Positions 1-9,558 of a DNA stretch of 64,000 nt are shown piece by piece (the stretch's first letter is position 1; each line of letters opens with the position of its first letter). Under the pieces are notes generated by a model. That model was given only the letters and a program-made list of their open reading frames with translations. It was not told the DNA's origin and made no database searches. Origin of the DNA: a virus (lineage: Duplodnaviria; Heunggongvirae; Uroviricota; Caudoviricetes); the IMG/VR virus record IMGVR_UViG_3300014204_000107, positions 203,468-267,467 of that record; one strand, given 5' to 3'. Position numbers and translations under genes: made by a program.

Positions 1-1
1 T

Positions 2-850
2 CCGTGCGATTATAGGATATATGATAGATATCTTACAAATAGGGAAGTCGAATCAATATATAACGGTGGGTTAGGGACATTTCACGATACTTATAAAATA
101 GGTTACCCAACAATTCATGAACCAACATATTGGTATAAATTTCAGGAATCCTTTCGGTTGGTTGAATATAAAAAATATGCCGGTGCTGGCGTGTATGATG
201 CGGTGGTTAATGATAGCGGCCATAATAGTGATACATTACGTGGATTTACCAGTAACGCATATCCCCCGGGAACTAATTATTTTGGAACCTTACATTCTTC
301 ATCATTTGCCGATAATAAATATGCCATTCGGAACCCTTATTTGGAAACATCACCAAACAGTAGGAATTATTATAAACTAATGGTACCAAATTTTAGTATG
401 TGCTGGTGGATGAATTTATCATCCTTATACAAAGAACTTGAAAGGCATACTTTATTTGAGTCGATGGACCAAAAGTTTCAAATAACATTTACATCTGAAG
501 ATATATTATTAGAGTATGCAGGGGAGGACACAAATATGCACTCTGAAAAATATATTTTGAAACCATGTGATGATGAGTGGCATCATTATAGTATAGTGCA
601 ACAATTATATGATAATAAAACAACATCATATACGACTTGTTCATATATGATGTATATTGATGGCCAAATTATTGATACAAAATATGATAACATGACAACC
701 AGCAGCGTGGGATTTTGTATTGGTCATGCATCTGGATCAATAATAACATTGACTGGAAGTATGGCTGATTTAAGAATTTGGACCAACTCATCATTAACAA
801 ATGAACAGGTACAAAACATATATAATAACGGATATGGATTGTTATATTAA
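2..850 (+). CDS. LamG/concanavalin A-like domain protein, tandem domains, 5'-truncated (likely virion/tail-associated)
   Basis: Frame is open from position 2. Two LamG-type C-terminal motifs: DYRIYDRYLTNREVESIYNGG and ADLRIWTNSSLTNEQVQNIYNNG; also EWHHY and MYIDG. Confidence 0.7.
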   Translation, partial: PCDYRIYDRYLTNREVESIYNGGLGTFHDTYKIGYPTIHEPTYWYKFQESFRLVEYKKYAGAGVYDAVVNDSGHNSDTLRGFTSNAYPPGTNYFGTLHSSSFADNKYAIRNPYLETSPNSRNYYKLMVPNFSMCWWMNLSSLYKELERHTLFESMDQKFQITFTSEDILLEYAGEDTNMHSEKYILKPCDDEWHHYSIVQQLYDNKTTSYTTCSYMMYIDGQIIDTKYDNMTTSSVGFCIGHASGSIITLTGSMADLRIWTNSSLTNEQVQNIYNNGYGLLY

Positions 851-900
851 AAGGATGATAAAAAATATTTATTAGGTATTTATTAGAAAGAGGAAATATA

Positions 901-3106
901 ATGGCAGCAAGCACATCATCATACAGTTTAATGTTAAAAAATAATCAATATTATTTGCATAAGGATAAACAAACATTTAGTATTGGTGGTTATGATAAAG
1001 CAATGAATTATTTAAAGAAACATTGTTTAATTACGCCATCTGAAATAGAAAGAAAATTAGAATTTGCTAAATATGGGGATACTAATATTTCGGTATTGAC
1101 TACTCCAAGAACTGCTGTCTACGATAGTGATATTGCATATCCATATAGGGCAGACTTAAAGAACGCAGAACCTGATTCACAGGAAGATGGTTTAGGGCAA
1201 ACATACATTGATTCAGATTTAAATACGGTTAGACATTTTGTTACTGAAGCAAGTGGTGTGCACCAAACAGTTTGCATTTATCCGGGCAGGTTTCAGCCAA
1301 TGGGAAAGCACCATGCTAAAGCATATTTTTGGTTAAAAAAATATTTCAATTTATTATTTATTGCAACTTCTAATAAAACAGAATATCCAATTTCGCCATT
1401 CACTTTTGATGAAAAGAAGAAAATAATTCAATCTTATGACATACCAGAAGATGCAATTGTGCAAGTAAAGAGTCCGTACAACCCAAAAGAAATATACCAA
1501 GTATTGCCCGATAATACATCTGTTGTATTTGCGGTAGGTAAGAAAGACGCAGATAGATTGGCAAATTCTAAATTTTATTCCTTGTGCACAGTAGAGACAT
1601 TGCAGGATTGCAATAAACCATTTAGTGAAGGTGCATATTATTTAATTATTCCACATATTTCTATTGAAAGTGAGTTGGATGAATTAAGTGGCACCAATAT
1701 AAGAAATATTTTATCAAGTGATAAACCAGATGCAGAAAAAAAGAAATTCATTAATAAAGTACTTGGCATTAACAATTATGGTGTATCACAAATGATGATA
1801 GACAAGTTTAAATACTTTACTGAAAGCTTTGCAAATCGATTTACCTACAACCTGCTCAACTCTTTTAACTTAAACGAGTATGAGCATCTTTTAGTAGAAT
1901 CGGGTGGATATGGTCACATGGCAAACTTGTGGGAAGACATTAGCTTATCGTTTGCGGACATTAAAAAGATAATTGATATTTCTTTGCAAGGGCATTTAAA
2001 TTTAGAAGAAACAGTTGCAGAAAAAGTGGATGGTACTAATATTATGGTAACATATAAAGATGGTGAAGTGTATATAGCAAGAAAACCTTCTCAATTAGCT
2101 AATCCAGTTATAATATACGACATAGAAGAAACATTCAAAGATAAACCATATTTACAGACAATGCTTGGTAATGTAGCTCAAGATTTATATGCTGCATTTA
2201 ATGGTACAAATAAGAAAGAAATTGGGCAAATGTTTGATGACGGCAAGAATTTTTTAAATCTTGAGATCATTTATGACAACGAAGTAAATGACATATTATA
2301 TGGTGTGCACGCGTTAGTTTTGCATGGATTATTAAAATATGAAAATGAAAAACTATTAGAACTTGGCGTTAAAACGGCCCAGGAATTATTTAATAAAATA
2401 AAGCAAAATAATACTGCGGAGCAAAAGAATTTTAAAATATTGCCTCCAAAAGAATTGTTGATAAAAAAGCATATTAATTTTGATGAGAAAAAAGAATATT
2501 TTATGTCCGCGGTAGCAAACATACAAGGTAAATATGATTTACCAGATAATGCTACTATTGGTGAATATTTAGTAATGTGGTGGACAAGCTTTTTAAATGG
2601 ATTACAAGATAAATACACAATGAATTTGCCGTCTGATGTGATTAAATTATTAGCAAATAGATGGGGGTTGGATGATAAAAAACAAAATATTAAATATTAT
2701 TAAATTAGCAGATAATGAAAAAGCAAAAAAATGGATTCAAGAATTTAATAATAGCAGTAAGTTGCAAGAATTAAATTATACTGCAATTAAAGACATTAAA
2801 TTAATATTTTTAGAGCTATCAGTAGAAGTATTGCAAAATGTAGAGCAATTTCTTTCTGTAATTCCTGATAAAACTATTCAAAAAATAGTTAAAGAATATG
2901 AAAGTGGCATAAATATATTAAAAGCAAAAGATGATCCGCAAACCATAGCAAAAATTAATAAACATATTGAGGAAATTGAAAAAATTGGCGGGATTGATAA
3001 ATTAATGCCGACAGAAGGCCTTGTATTTACATACAATGGCAAAAAATATAAGATGACGGGGTTATTTACTCCAATTCATAAAATATTAAGTCTAATTAAA
3101 TTTTAA
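901..3106 (+). CDS. Cytidylyltransferase-like (HxGH superfamily) domain plus ATP-dependent ligase-superfamily domain; split by a frameshift near 2675-2700
   Basis: YPGRFQPMGKHH and VVFAVGKKD (NTase Rossmann fold). EKVDG (ligase motif I) lies in 901..2703, while EGLVF...YK (motifs IV/V) lies in 2672..3106. The ORFs overlap at an A-run. Confidence 0.65.
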
Positions 3107-3155
3107 TTAATAATTTCATACTAATTATTTATACATAAACAACAGGAGAATTAAA

Positions 3156-3884
3156 ATGGATTTTGTTTCTTGGTTCCTCCAAAACTTCGAAAAGCTGCCA
3201 GCACCTATAAAAGATATTGTTAGTGTTTTACTTGTTGCAGTATTATTATTTTTTGCAATTAAATATCTATTAGACATTATTAGTGGTGGTAGGAAATTAT
3301 TTGCCCGTCCTCGCACACATAATAAATTATCATTAGAAGATTTATTTCATCACGAATTATTTTCAAAAAGTGAAAATTGGCATGAAATGATGATAAATAG
3401 TATATTTTTTGGTGACGAGGACAGAAATTTTATATTTCGTACAATCATAAAATCAAGAATTTCTGCAATAACTAATAAATTAAGAATATTTTTATCTAAT
3501 AATAATGATATTAATACTTTCGATTCACACAATTTTGCAAACAGAATGTTCAATATTCTTGCTGAAATAATAAATGTTTCTGACCAAGAAGTTCAAAATG
3601 CAATAATGGAAATGCACCCAGATACGGGGCATTCTATATATTGTCTTGTAATGGAAGACAAGGATAAAGGATTTAAACAATGGCATAACAGCACAATATC
3701 ATATTTAGAACAGATGATTAATGATATAAGTCACTCTAACATTTATTATGATAATTATAGCAAATTGTATGTTATACTTGATCTGTATAAATCATCAATT
3801 GATGTGACCATACCACATATGGAAAAAGCATTTAATTGTTTTAATGGAGAATTAACAATATTATTAACTGATATTAAAAAATAA
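3156..3884 (+). CDS. Membrane-anchored hypothetical protein
   Basis: Hydrophobic segment IVSVLLVAVLLFFAI; AGGAG SD upstream. Confidence 0.6.
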   Translation: MDFVSWFLQNFEKLPAPIKDIVSVLLVAVLLFFAIKYLLDIISGGRKLFARPRTHNKLSLEDLFHHELFSKSENWHEMMINSIFFGDEDRNFIFRTIIKSRISAITNKLRIFLSNNNDINTFDSHNFANRMFNILAEIINVSDQEVQNAIMEMHPDTGHSIYCLVMEDKDKGFKQWHNSTISYLEQMINDISHSNIYYDNYSKLYVILDLYKSSIDVTIPHMEKAFNCFNGELTILLTDIKK

Positions 3885-3887
3885 CGC

Positions 3888-4472
3888 ATGGGATACGATA
3901 TAGAGCAAATAGAAAAGATTTTAGACGGTGATGATACTAAAAGTAGCCAATATGGTGGATATAAAAGAAAACAAACAGACCACAAAGAGGGCGATATTTG
4001 GGAAGAAGACGGTATAAAATGGACAATTAAAGATGGTATCATACAAACCATTAATAAAATGGATGGTTTGCGTGAACAAATTAAATTCCCGTTGAGTTGC
4101 CCAAGTTGCGGGAAAAAAATGATAGCACGAATTGATGCTAGATTTTGGCAATTAAATAGAACATGCATGCATTGTGTTATAGAGGAAGATACAAAAAGAA
4201 TGGCTAATGGCACATTTAAGCAATATGAGGAAAGAAAAATATTAGGTAATAAACTAACTACGCTAAGAATGTTAAGAGATTATTATATTGAATATTTAAA
4301 TGATATTGACACAAACCATTTTGTAACTGAGCAGGGGGATATTGAAGATTGGTCTAATCAATATGATAATACTAAAATAAAAGAGTCTATTCACGCTAAA
4401 ATATTAGACATTGGTGAGCAAATTAAAAAAATGAGTGAATTATTAAAAATTGCGGGGAATGAAGTTGTTTAA
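3888..4472 (+). CDS. Hypothetical protein with zinc ribbon
   Basis: CPSC...CMHC motif. Confidence 0.6.
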   Translation: MGYDIEQIEKILDGDDTKSSQYGGYKRKQTDHKEGDIWEEDGIKWTIKDGIIQTINKMDGLREQIKFPLSCPSCGKKMIARIDARFWQLNRTCMHCVIEEDTKRMANGTFKQYEERKILGNKLTTLRMLRDYYIEYLNDIDTNHFVTEQGDIEDWSNQYDNTKIKESIHAKILDIGEQIKKMSELLKIAGNEVV

Positions 4473-4791
4473 AAATTATATGGGCGATGACAAAGGTGAA
4501 TCTTCTATACGGTTGGCATTGATATGGAGTTTACTGCTATCAACCGCATGTTTTTTTGCTATGCTATTTTATATTATATATAATACGCTTGAAAATAGGC
4601 CAATTGAATGGTATGGGCTGGCAACATTTGCTGGTGGTGTTTCATCATTCTTTCTTGCTGCTGTATATGGTAAAGTAACCCAGAAAAAATATGAAATAGA
4701 TTATAGTCAGCCACAAATGCCGTATCAGCCACCGTTTGACCCTGGTATGGTGGGCCAACTAATGAATACTGATAGCTCAATGAAAGGATAA
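4450..4791 (+). CDS. Small two-TM membrane protein (holin candidate)
   Basis: Two hydrophobic helices and an SSIR motif; holin function is inferred only. Confidence 0.45.
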   Translation: MRGMKLFKNYMGDDKGESSIRLALIWSLLLSTACFFAMLFYIIYNTLENRPIEWYGLATFAGGVSSFFLAAVYGKVTQKKYEIDYSQPQMPYQPPFDPGMVGQLMNTDSSMKG

Positions 4792-4796
4792 TTACA

Positions 4797-5633
4797 ATGG
4801 AGAAAACAATGGATAATAAAGTAGAAAAGTTAACATATGCAAAGGGAACTGCAAAGTTACAAAAGGAATATAATGAATTGGCCGATATATTAATCCCTGA
4901 ATCAGGCAAAGCTGAAACAAATTACGGAGAAATATTAAGATGCGCGTCAATTATATATGATTTTATAGTAAAGAAACCAACAGAAGCAGTATCATTGGCG
5001 TATGAATGGAATGTAATTGAAAGCAACGAGGCAACTATTAAAAAATATATGGGGGATGCCAATGATTTTGATAAGTTTGCAGCAATGTTTGAAAATTTAG
5101 ATCCAGAAAATGCAAGCTTTCCAACAGACGGCTCGATGTGGACGGGCGATGAATTAGCTGATAAAGTTATGGACGGCATTGTTAAATGTGTTAAAGAAAA
5201 TTACCAAACAGAAATTCAAAAGAATAAAGAAATGGCGAAGGAATCATTTACAGTTTATAGAAATTTAAAGAAAATATTGCTTGAAGAAGAGGACCCAGAA
5301 ACTAAATTGGCCTTGAGAGCTGCAAGTGTTGGTAATTCGTCCATAAAAAAAATATCAGCAGATATTGAAAATATTAATAAACAAATGGAACCGCTAAGAA
5401 AACAGCGGGAAATAGAATTAGCCCACTACAAGAAAGTAAAAGATAATCCTACATTAGCACCAGCATCTGTTGCTAAGCTTAAACAAATTGGTGAGAAAAT
5501 TAATCCATTAAAACTTAAGAAAGACCAATTACTTAAACAATATGAAGAAGCAGTAACTGCAGCAGAAAGAACAGTTGGTAAAAAAGGTTTGGATATTTCC
5601 GCGGACGAAGAACCAGTATTATATAATGATTAA
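4797..5633 (+). CDS. Hypothetical protein with C-terminal coiled coil
   Basis: Long ORF with acidic/charged composition; internal KILLEE. Confidence 0.6.
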   Translation: MEKTMDNKVEKLTYAKGTAKLQKEYNELADILIPESGKAETNYGEILRCASIIYDFIVKKPTEAVSLAYEWNVIESNEATIKKYMGDANDFDKFAAMFENLDPENASFPTDGSMWTGDELADKVMDGIVKCVKENYQTEIQKNKEMAKESFTVYRNLKKILLEEEDPETKLALRAASVGNSSIKKISADIENINKQMEPLRKQREIELAHYKKVKDNPTLAPASVAKLKQIGEKINPLKLKKDQLLKQYEEAVTAAERTVGKKGLDISADEEPVLYND

Positions 5634-5644
5634 GGAGAATCAAA

Positions 5645-5939
5645 ATGAAGTTAAAAGAATTAAAACAATTAATAAAAGAAGAGATATCCATTGTATTAAA
5701 AGAATACGGCGAAGATTCAGGTGGTCAAGATATGACATGGGGGTATTTATAATAGACCAGCGGAACATAAAGATAGTGGAAATACTGATTTTATTGAAAA
5801 AGGCAAGGAAGATTATGATGATGGTGTTCCTTTTGATGCATGTCCATATGCATCCGGCGTTAATAAATGGTATAATATTGATTTAGCTGAATATTGGAAG
5901 CGTGGGTGGCAATTGGCTAAAAAAGAAAGTGAAGAATAA
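5645..5939 (+). CDS. Leader-tagged protein with ribosome modulation factor (Rmf/CrpP)-like motif; frameshifted at a G5 run (~5739-5743)
   Basis: AGGAG SD, then MKLKELKQLIKEEISIVLKE. Removing one G gives ...WGIYNRPAEHKDSGNTDFIEKGKEDYDDGVPFDACPYASG...AEYWKRGWQLAKKESEE*. Not in the ORF track. Confidence 0.6.
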
Positions 5940-5967
5940 TTTTAAAATAATATAAACGAGGTATGAA

Positions 5968-6642
5968 ATGCCAGCAAAATCAAAACAACAATTAAAATAT
6001 GTCTATTCAATGAGAGAAAAGCACCCAAATGCAAAAAATGCATGGTATTGGGATGATGAATGGACTGATGTTAAAATGAAAAGCTTGCCATCCAAAGTAG
6101 ATGAAACAATAGAAGAAGCAGTATTGCGCTACCAAGTTAGAAAACTCTTGAAAGAAGAAATTGGTGGCAATGCTATTGAAGATCGTATTTCATATACTAT
6201 CCAATTAGGTAATGGCCAAAGTGCTACCTTATTCTATAAAGTAGAAGGCAAAGAATGGATGATATATTATGAAATTGAAGGTGGTGATTCTATCTTTAGC
6301 GGAGCACCTATTACAATTGCAACTATTTCAAAAGATTTTATCAATGAAAACCAATTGAAGAAAATCGTGCAGTATTTCCAATACCTATATACTAAAAATG
6401 TTAAGGTTAAGCCTGAAGGTGGTGTTGTGCAGAATGAAGAAGAGCCAGTTGAAGGTGAAGCACCAGCAGCACCTGCTGAAAATACTCCTTCTGGTGAAGT
6501 AGAACAAACGCCCGGAACACCAGAAAGGGGCCCAGGTGGCCAATTCTTACCAAAAGGTGAAGAAGAAACACAAGCAGCACCGGAAGCAGGCATCGAAGAA
6601 CCAGCACCCGCAGAAGAGGAAGAAGAAAACCCATTTAAATAA
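5968..6642 (+). CDS. Hypothetical protein (MPAKSKQQ N-terminus, acidic Pro/Glu-rich tail)
   Basis: ORF with SD; internal degenerate leader LRYQVRKLLKEE. Confidence 0.6.
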   Translation: MPAKSKQQLKYVYSMREKHPNAKNAWYWDDEWTDVKMKSLPSKVDETIEEAVLRYQVRKLLKEEIGGNAIEDRISYTIQLGNGQSATLFYKVEGKEWMIYYEIEGGDSIFSGAPITIATISKDFINENQLKKIVQYFQYLYTKNVKVKPEGGVVQNEEEPVEGEAPAAPAENTPSGEVEQTPGTPERGPGGQFLPKGEEETQAAPEAGIEEPAPAEEEEENPFK

Positions 6643-6654
6643 CGGAGAAATAAT

Positions 6655-6897
6655 ATGAACAAACAAGAATTAAAACAATTAATAAAAGAAGAAATAAATA
6701 ATGTGCTAAAAGAATCAGTTGCATCTATGGCTAAAGTTGATATATATTATAGATATAAAAATGGTAAAACTGGTAGTTTATTTATTACGCATGCAAATGT
6801 TGATTTAGAAGAAATTCTCAAGGAATATTTCACAGATACACAATATTTGTCAAGTGATACAATAATAGATTCTGTAACAATAGAGGAGATCAGTTAA
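6655..6897 (+). CDS. Leader-tagged small protein
   Basis: MNKQELKQLIKEEINNVLKE; GGAG SD. Confidence 0.75.
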   Translation: MNKQELKQLIKEEINNVLKESVASMAKVDIYYRYKNGKTGSLFITHANVDLEEILKEYFTDTQYLSSDTIIDSVTIEEIS

Positions 6898-6898
6898 T

Positions 6899-7137
6899 AT
6901 GACACGCAAAGAACTTAAACAGTTAATAAAAGAGGAAATTAAGAGTGTCCTTAAAGAAGCAATAAAAAAACCGTTACACAAGAATTTGAAATTGGTGATG
7001 GCAAAATAGCAAAACCAGGGGATACTATTGTTTTAAGAGATAGAGATGCCGAACATTACTTTATAATTAAATTAAATGATAAAAATGTTTTTTCAATTTG
7101 GAAAAGAAAACCGTGGGTTGACTCCCATACAAAATAA
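6899..7137 (+). CDS. Leader-tagged small protein, frameshifted at an A-run (~6964-6970)
   Basis: MTRKELKQLIKEEIKSVLKEAIKK, continuing in another frame as TVTQEFEIGDGKIAKPGDTIVLRD...HTK*. Not in the ORF track. Confidence 0.6.
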
Positions 7138-7142
7138 ATATT

Positions 7143-7895
7143 ATGTGGAACAAAGTACAAAATTACATCACACCAGCATTATTCGTAATGCTATTAATAG
7201 CTTTAATATTTGGAAGCCAGCAATGCACGCAAAATAAAAAGCTAAAAAAAGAAGCAGCAATAAAAGAACAAGTAATGCAGCAAAATTATAGAGCATTAGT
7301 TGATACTTTGCGTGAAACGAAGAATAAACTTGGGCAAATAGAATATAACCAAGCAGCGTTTGTTGCCAATATGAATGAATTAAAAACATTAAACCGAGTA
7401 TTATATGATAAAATAGAAAAGGTAAAAGGTGATGTAATTAACTTTATAGCCGCGGGCGTCACAGTAAAAAGTGATACATTAAAATTATCGAATGATTTAG
7501 TCAAAATAGATAACGAAACATATGGATTAAAATTTAAAAATACCTTTGCGGAACCAGGATTTTCTAATTCTCTGGTAGGAATGAGTACTTTTAAGCTAAG
7601 AGATTTAACTGTTTTTCCGGGGATGACTACAATCAGTGAGAATACGTTTAAAATCGATTTAGAGATGGGAGCAAAAGTCGTAAATAATCAGTACGAACTA
7701 TTTGCGACTTGTCCTTCAAGTCGCGTCAAAATCAACTATTTGAACGGAGTCGTGAAGAAGGATATGATAATACCACCATCGCCACGAGTTAAGAAATTTC
7801 ATGTTGGACCATATATTGGTATTGGAATTGATCAAACTTTTAAATTTGTACCCCAAATAGGTATTGGATTAAATTATAGTTTATTTTCATTTTAA
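7143..7895 (+). CDS. Membrane-anchored coiled-coil protein with C-terminal amphipathic beta-hairpin (spanin-like candidate)
   Basis: N-terminal TM, coiled coil, C-terminus FHVGPYIGIGID...QIGIGLNYSLFSF. Confidence 0.5.
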   Translation: MWNKVQNYITPALFVMLLIALIFGSQQCTQNKKLKKEAAIKEQVMQQNYRALVDTLRETKNKLGQIEYNQAAFVANMNELKTLNRVLYDKIEKVKGDVINFIAAGVTVKSDTLKLSNDLVKIDNETYGLKFKNTFAEPGFSNSLVGMSTFKLRDLTVFPGMTTISENTFKIDLEMGAKVVNNQYELFATCPSSRVKINYLNGVVKKDMIIPPSPRVKKFHVGPYIGIGIDQTFKFVPQIGIGLNYSLFSF

Positions 7896-7902
7896 AGGAT
7901 AT

Positions 7903-9546
7903 ATGCCCACTACAGAATTAATATCAACAGGAGAAGTCCAACAATTCAATTTAAAAGAAGTCATAAAGCAGGAATACAAGAAATGTTATAATGATCCTGG
8001 TTACTTTATGAAGAAATATTGCTTTATACAGCATCCAAAGCTGGGCAAAATTAAATTTGAACTATACCCATTCCAAGAACAAGCAGCAAGATATTTTAAA
8101 GAACATAGATTTGTCGTTGTTAATAAAGCAAGGCAGATGGGTATATCTACACTTGTTTCAGCATATGCTGTATGGTTAATGTTATTCCATAATGACCAAC
8201 AAATATTAGCAATTGCTACAAATAGAGATGTTGCAAAGAACTTATTAAAGAAAGTAAAATTAGCTTATACAATGCTTCCTGTTTGGATTAAAAAGGCAGC
8301 ATTGCAAAATGAGGAAACTCCTGAGGAAAGTAACATATTTAAATTTACATTATCCAATGGTTCTAGCTTTACTGCCGCATCAAGTACAACATCAACAGGA
8401 CGTTCAGAAGCGTTATCATTGTTAATTATAGATGAAGCAGCATTCATTAATAAAATAGATGAAATTTGGACATCATCGCAGCCAACCTTATCAACTGGGG
8501 GTAGCGCAATTGTATTATCTACTCCAAATGGTATTGGTAATTTTTTCCATACTATGGTTGTCCAAGCAGAGGCAGGAGAGAATGGATTCTTCCCTGTAAA
8601 CATTCCTTGGTATTTACACCCAGAAAGAGACCAACAATGGCGTGATAATGAAGATAGGAGAATGGGATCATTAGCAGCAGCGCAAGAACACGATTGTAAT
8701 TTTAGAACATCCGGCAATAATGTAATACCGGTTGAAACTTTAAAATGGTATGAAGAAACATATTTGCTAGAACCATTAGAAAAAGGTTGGTTTGACCATA
8801 ATTTATGGCGATGGAAATATGCTGAACCAGGAAAACAATATGTGGTAATAGCGGACGTAGCTAGAGGGGATGGTTCCGATTATTCAACTTTAGAAGTATT
8901 TGAAGTAGAAGAAATGGACCAAGTAGCGGAATATAGAGGAAAAATATCGCCAACTGAAATAGGTGATTTAGGCGTAAATATCGCTACTGAATATAATGAT
9001 GCTCTATTAGTAATAGAAAATACAGGTATTGGGTTTGGGGCAGTACAAAAGGCCATTGATAGACAATATAAAAATGTTTACTATACAAACAGGGATACAA
9101 ATGTCGTAGACCCAGAACTTTATTTTGTTAAAGGGTACGATACAAAGGACAAATCACAGTTGGTACCTGGGTTTACTACGTCAACTCGTTCAAGACCATT
9201 GATTATTTCAAAGATGGAACTATTTATGCTAGAACGTATTCCAAAAATACATTCAAAACGATTATTTAATGAATTATATGCATTTGTTTGGATTGGGCAA
9301 AAGGCGCAAGCAAACCAAGGCAGCAATGATGACTTGGTAATGGCGTTTGCAATAGGAATTTGGGTTAGAGACACAGCAATACGGTTAAGAGGTACAAGTC
9401 TTGAAATGTCAAGGCAATTAGTTGATAGTATTGTAGTCACGCACAATACAAATCAATATACCGATAATAGAAGATTAAAAGTTTATAATCCATACTTATT
9501 AAATACTGGCAAAGGCACAGAAGATTTTAGTAGGTGGATGTTTTAA
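7903..9546 (+). CDS. terL: Terminase large subunit (T4 gp17-like)
   Basis: Walker A KARQMGIST, Walker B LLIIDEAAF, STPNG coupling motif, nuclease motifs ADVARGDGSDYS and DDLVMA. Confidence 0.95.
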   Translation: MPTTELISTGEVQQFNLKEVIKQEYKKCYNDPGYFMKKYCFIQHPKLGKIKFELYPFQEQAARYFKEHRFVVVNKARQMGISTLVSAYAVWLMLFHNDQQILAIATNRDVAKNLLKKVKLAYTMLPVWIKKAALQNEETPEESNIFKFTLSNGSSFTAASSTTSTGRSEALSLLIIDEAAFINKIDEIWTSSQPTLSTGGSAIVLSTPNGIGNFFHTMVVQAEAGENGFFPVNIPWYLHPERDQQWRDNEDRRMGSLAAAQEHDCNFRTSGNNVIPVETLKWYEETYLLEPLEKGWFDHNLWRWKYAEPGKQYVVIADVARGDGSDYSTLEVFEVEEMDQVAEYRGKISPTEIGDLGVNIATEYNDALLVIENTGIGFGAVQKAIDRQYKNVYYTNRDTNVVDPELYFVKGYDTKDKSQLVPGFTTSTRSRPLIISKMELFMLERIPKIHSKRLFNELYAFVWIGQKAQANQGSNDDLVMAFAIGIWVRDTAIRLRGTSLEMSRQLVDSIVVTHNTNQYTDNRRLKVYNPYLLNTGKGTEDFSRWMF

Positions 9547-9558
9547 TATAAGAGATAA

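Noticed and set aside
5575-5886. ORF-track protein MVKKVWIF...
   Set aside because: Shadow frame. The SD-led, leader-tagged gene at 5645 explains the region better.
2672-6970. Three frameshifts (~2680, ~5740, ~6967) as programmed recoding or phase variation
   Set aside because: All fall in homopolymer runs and differ in direction, as typical of long-read indel errors. They cannot be called biological without reads.
7945-7985. LKEVIKQE near the terminase N-terminus as another leader copy
   Set aside because: Weak match, not at the N-terminus, and part of the normal terminase N-terminal helix.
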